64,000 nt of DNA. It comes from Mustelus asterias. Lineage: Eukaryota. Below, in pieces: positions 62,762 through 64,000 of the stretch. The first letter of the stretch is position 1. Each line of letters opens with the position of its first letter. The DNA lies in assembly GCF_964213995.1 (NCBI RefSeq), contig NW_027590172.1, positions 62,001 through 126,000 of the forward strand. The letters are read 5' to 3'. Made by a program: the position numbers and the translations under genes. The notes below the pieces were generated by a model that worked only from the letters and a program-made list of their open reading frames with translations, was not told the DNA's origin and ran no database searches.

Positions 62762-63120
62762 ATCACAGATTACTACAATGCAGAAGAGGCCCTTTGGCCC
62801 ATCGAGTCTGCACTGATGCATGAAAGGCCCTGACCTGCCCACCTAATCCCACTTGCCAGCACTTGGCACATGTTATGAATGTTATGGCCAGGTACTCATA
62901 CAGGTACTTTTTGAAGGATGTGAGGCATCCCGCCTCCACCACCCTCTCAGGCAGTGCATTCCAGACTGTCACCACCCTCTGGGTAAAGTTTTTCCTCAAA
63001 TCCCTCCTAAACCTCCAACCCCCCACTTTTATCTTGTGTCCCTTTGTAACTGACTGTTCAACTAAGGGGAACAGCTGCTTCCTCTGCACCCTGTCCATGC
63101 CCCTCATAATCTTGAACACA
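62762..63120 (-). mobile_element. CR1/HER1 3' end
   Basis: FKIMRGMDRV..FTQRVVTVWNALPERVVEA. Confidence 0.85.
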
Positions 63121-63334
63121 TCAAGTTACATTTCTATATGGAACCTTTAACCATTTCTCCCCTTCCATTGACTTCAATGTGATGGAAGCTGACTGTTAGA
63201 ATGTCAACATATAAAATATATTTACAAATGATTGCACAGTTTCTTACATTTGGGAACTTTCTCTGTTTTGTGCACTTGAGGTGTTAGATAACAGACTTTC
63301 TCATGTGACTATCCAGCAGGAATATTAGTTTTAG

Positions 63335-63622
63335 AGCTCTTTTTTATTAGTGTCACAAGTAGGCTTACATTAACACTGCAATGAAGTTACAGTGAAAATT
63401 CCCCAGTCGCCACACTCCGGCACCTATTCGGGTACACTGAAGGAGAATTTAGCATAGCCAATGCACCTAACCAGCACAAGAAAACCAGAGCATCCAGAGA
63501 AAACCCATACAGGCACAGGGAGAATGTGCAGACTCTACATAGATAGTGACCCAAGCCAAGAATTGAACCCATGTTCCTGGTGCTGTGAGGCAGCAGTGCT
63601 AACTACTGTGCCACCGTCCCGT
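63335..63622 (-). mobile_element. V-SINE, GTGACACTAATAAA-tail subfamily
   Basis: Reverse-complement head, V-domain and tail. Confidence 0.85.
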
Positions 63623-63884
63623 CCAAAATCAGTTGTGAAACACAAATCAATCTGATTTTAAGGCTTCCTGGTGCAATAAACTGATCAAACTCTTCCCAGC
63701 TAACACCATTTCACACCCGCATCTGTTGGATTTTAATGTGATTGTCCAACGTCGAAACCTTGCATCTTTTAGCCACTTTGAATTCATGCACCCCCTTCTC
63801 CCTCCACCACCTCCCCCCCGCCACCCCCCACCCCACCCAAAGAGATTGTCTTTGAAATCAGTCGTTCCTGAACGATATAAAATT

Positions 63885-64000
63885 GTGTATAAAATTATGA
63901 AGGGCATAGACAGAGTGAACAGTGGGAAGCTTTTTCCCAGGTCAGAGGTGACGAACACAAAGGGTCACGGGTTCAAGGTGAGGGGGGCAAGGTTCAACAC
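63885..64000 (+). mobile_element. CR1 ORF2 C-terminal fragment running off the window
   Basis: VYKIMKGIDRVNSGKLFP..TKGHGFKVRG. Confidence 0.8.

Overview
Vertebrate genomic DNA, most likely a shark: it carries abundant HE1-like V-SINEs with CR1/HER1-type tails. The window is a cluster of C2H2 zinc-finger (ZNF) genes with no recognisable KRAB or other effector domain. About 12 arrays or fragments are present. Four are intact (6426-7487 -, 42084-42923 +, 54715-55221 -, 59462-59968 +), one is open for 10 fingers before a disrupted tail (30555-31466 +), and the rest are frameshifted or truncated. Eight arrays form four head-to-head pairs around CpG-rich bidirectional promoters (about 9.0, 28.0, 40.3 and 57.6 kb). 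An intron-containing EMC4 (TMEM85) copy with an in-frame stop lies on the minus strand (48059-52771). Also present are a 5S rRNA pseudogene abutting a SINE, Penelope-like fragments with hammerhead ribozyme motifs, a GalEa-like Copia relic, Rex/Babar and CR1 LINE fragments, a Harbinger-type MITE, minisatellites and two assembly gaps. The most notable unexplained features are a frame-preserving conserved extension after the ZNF stop codons, a conserved vestigial-finger leader with shared TGA codons, and modular or palindromic promoters shared between pairs. Repeat boundaries are approximate. Family names come from recognition by eye, not from database searches.
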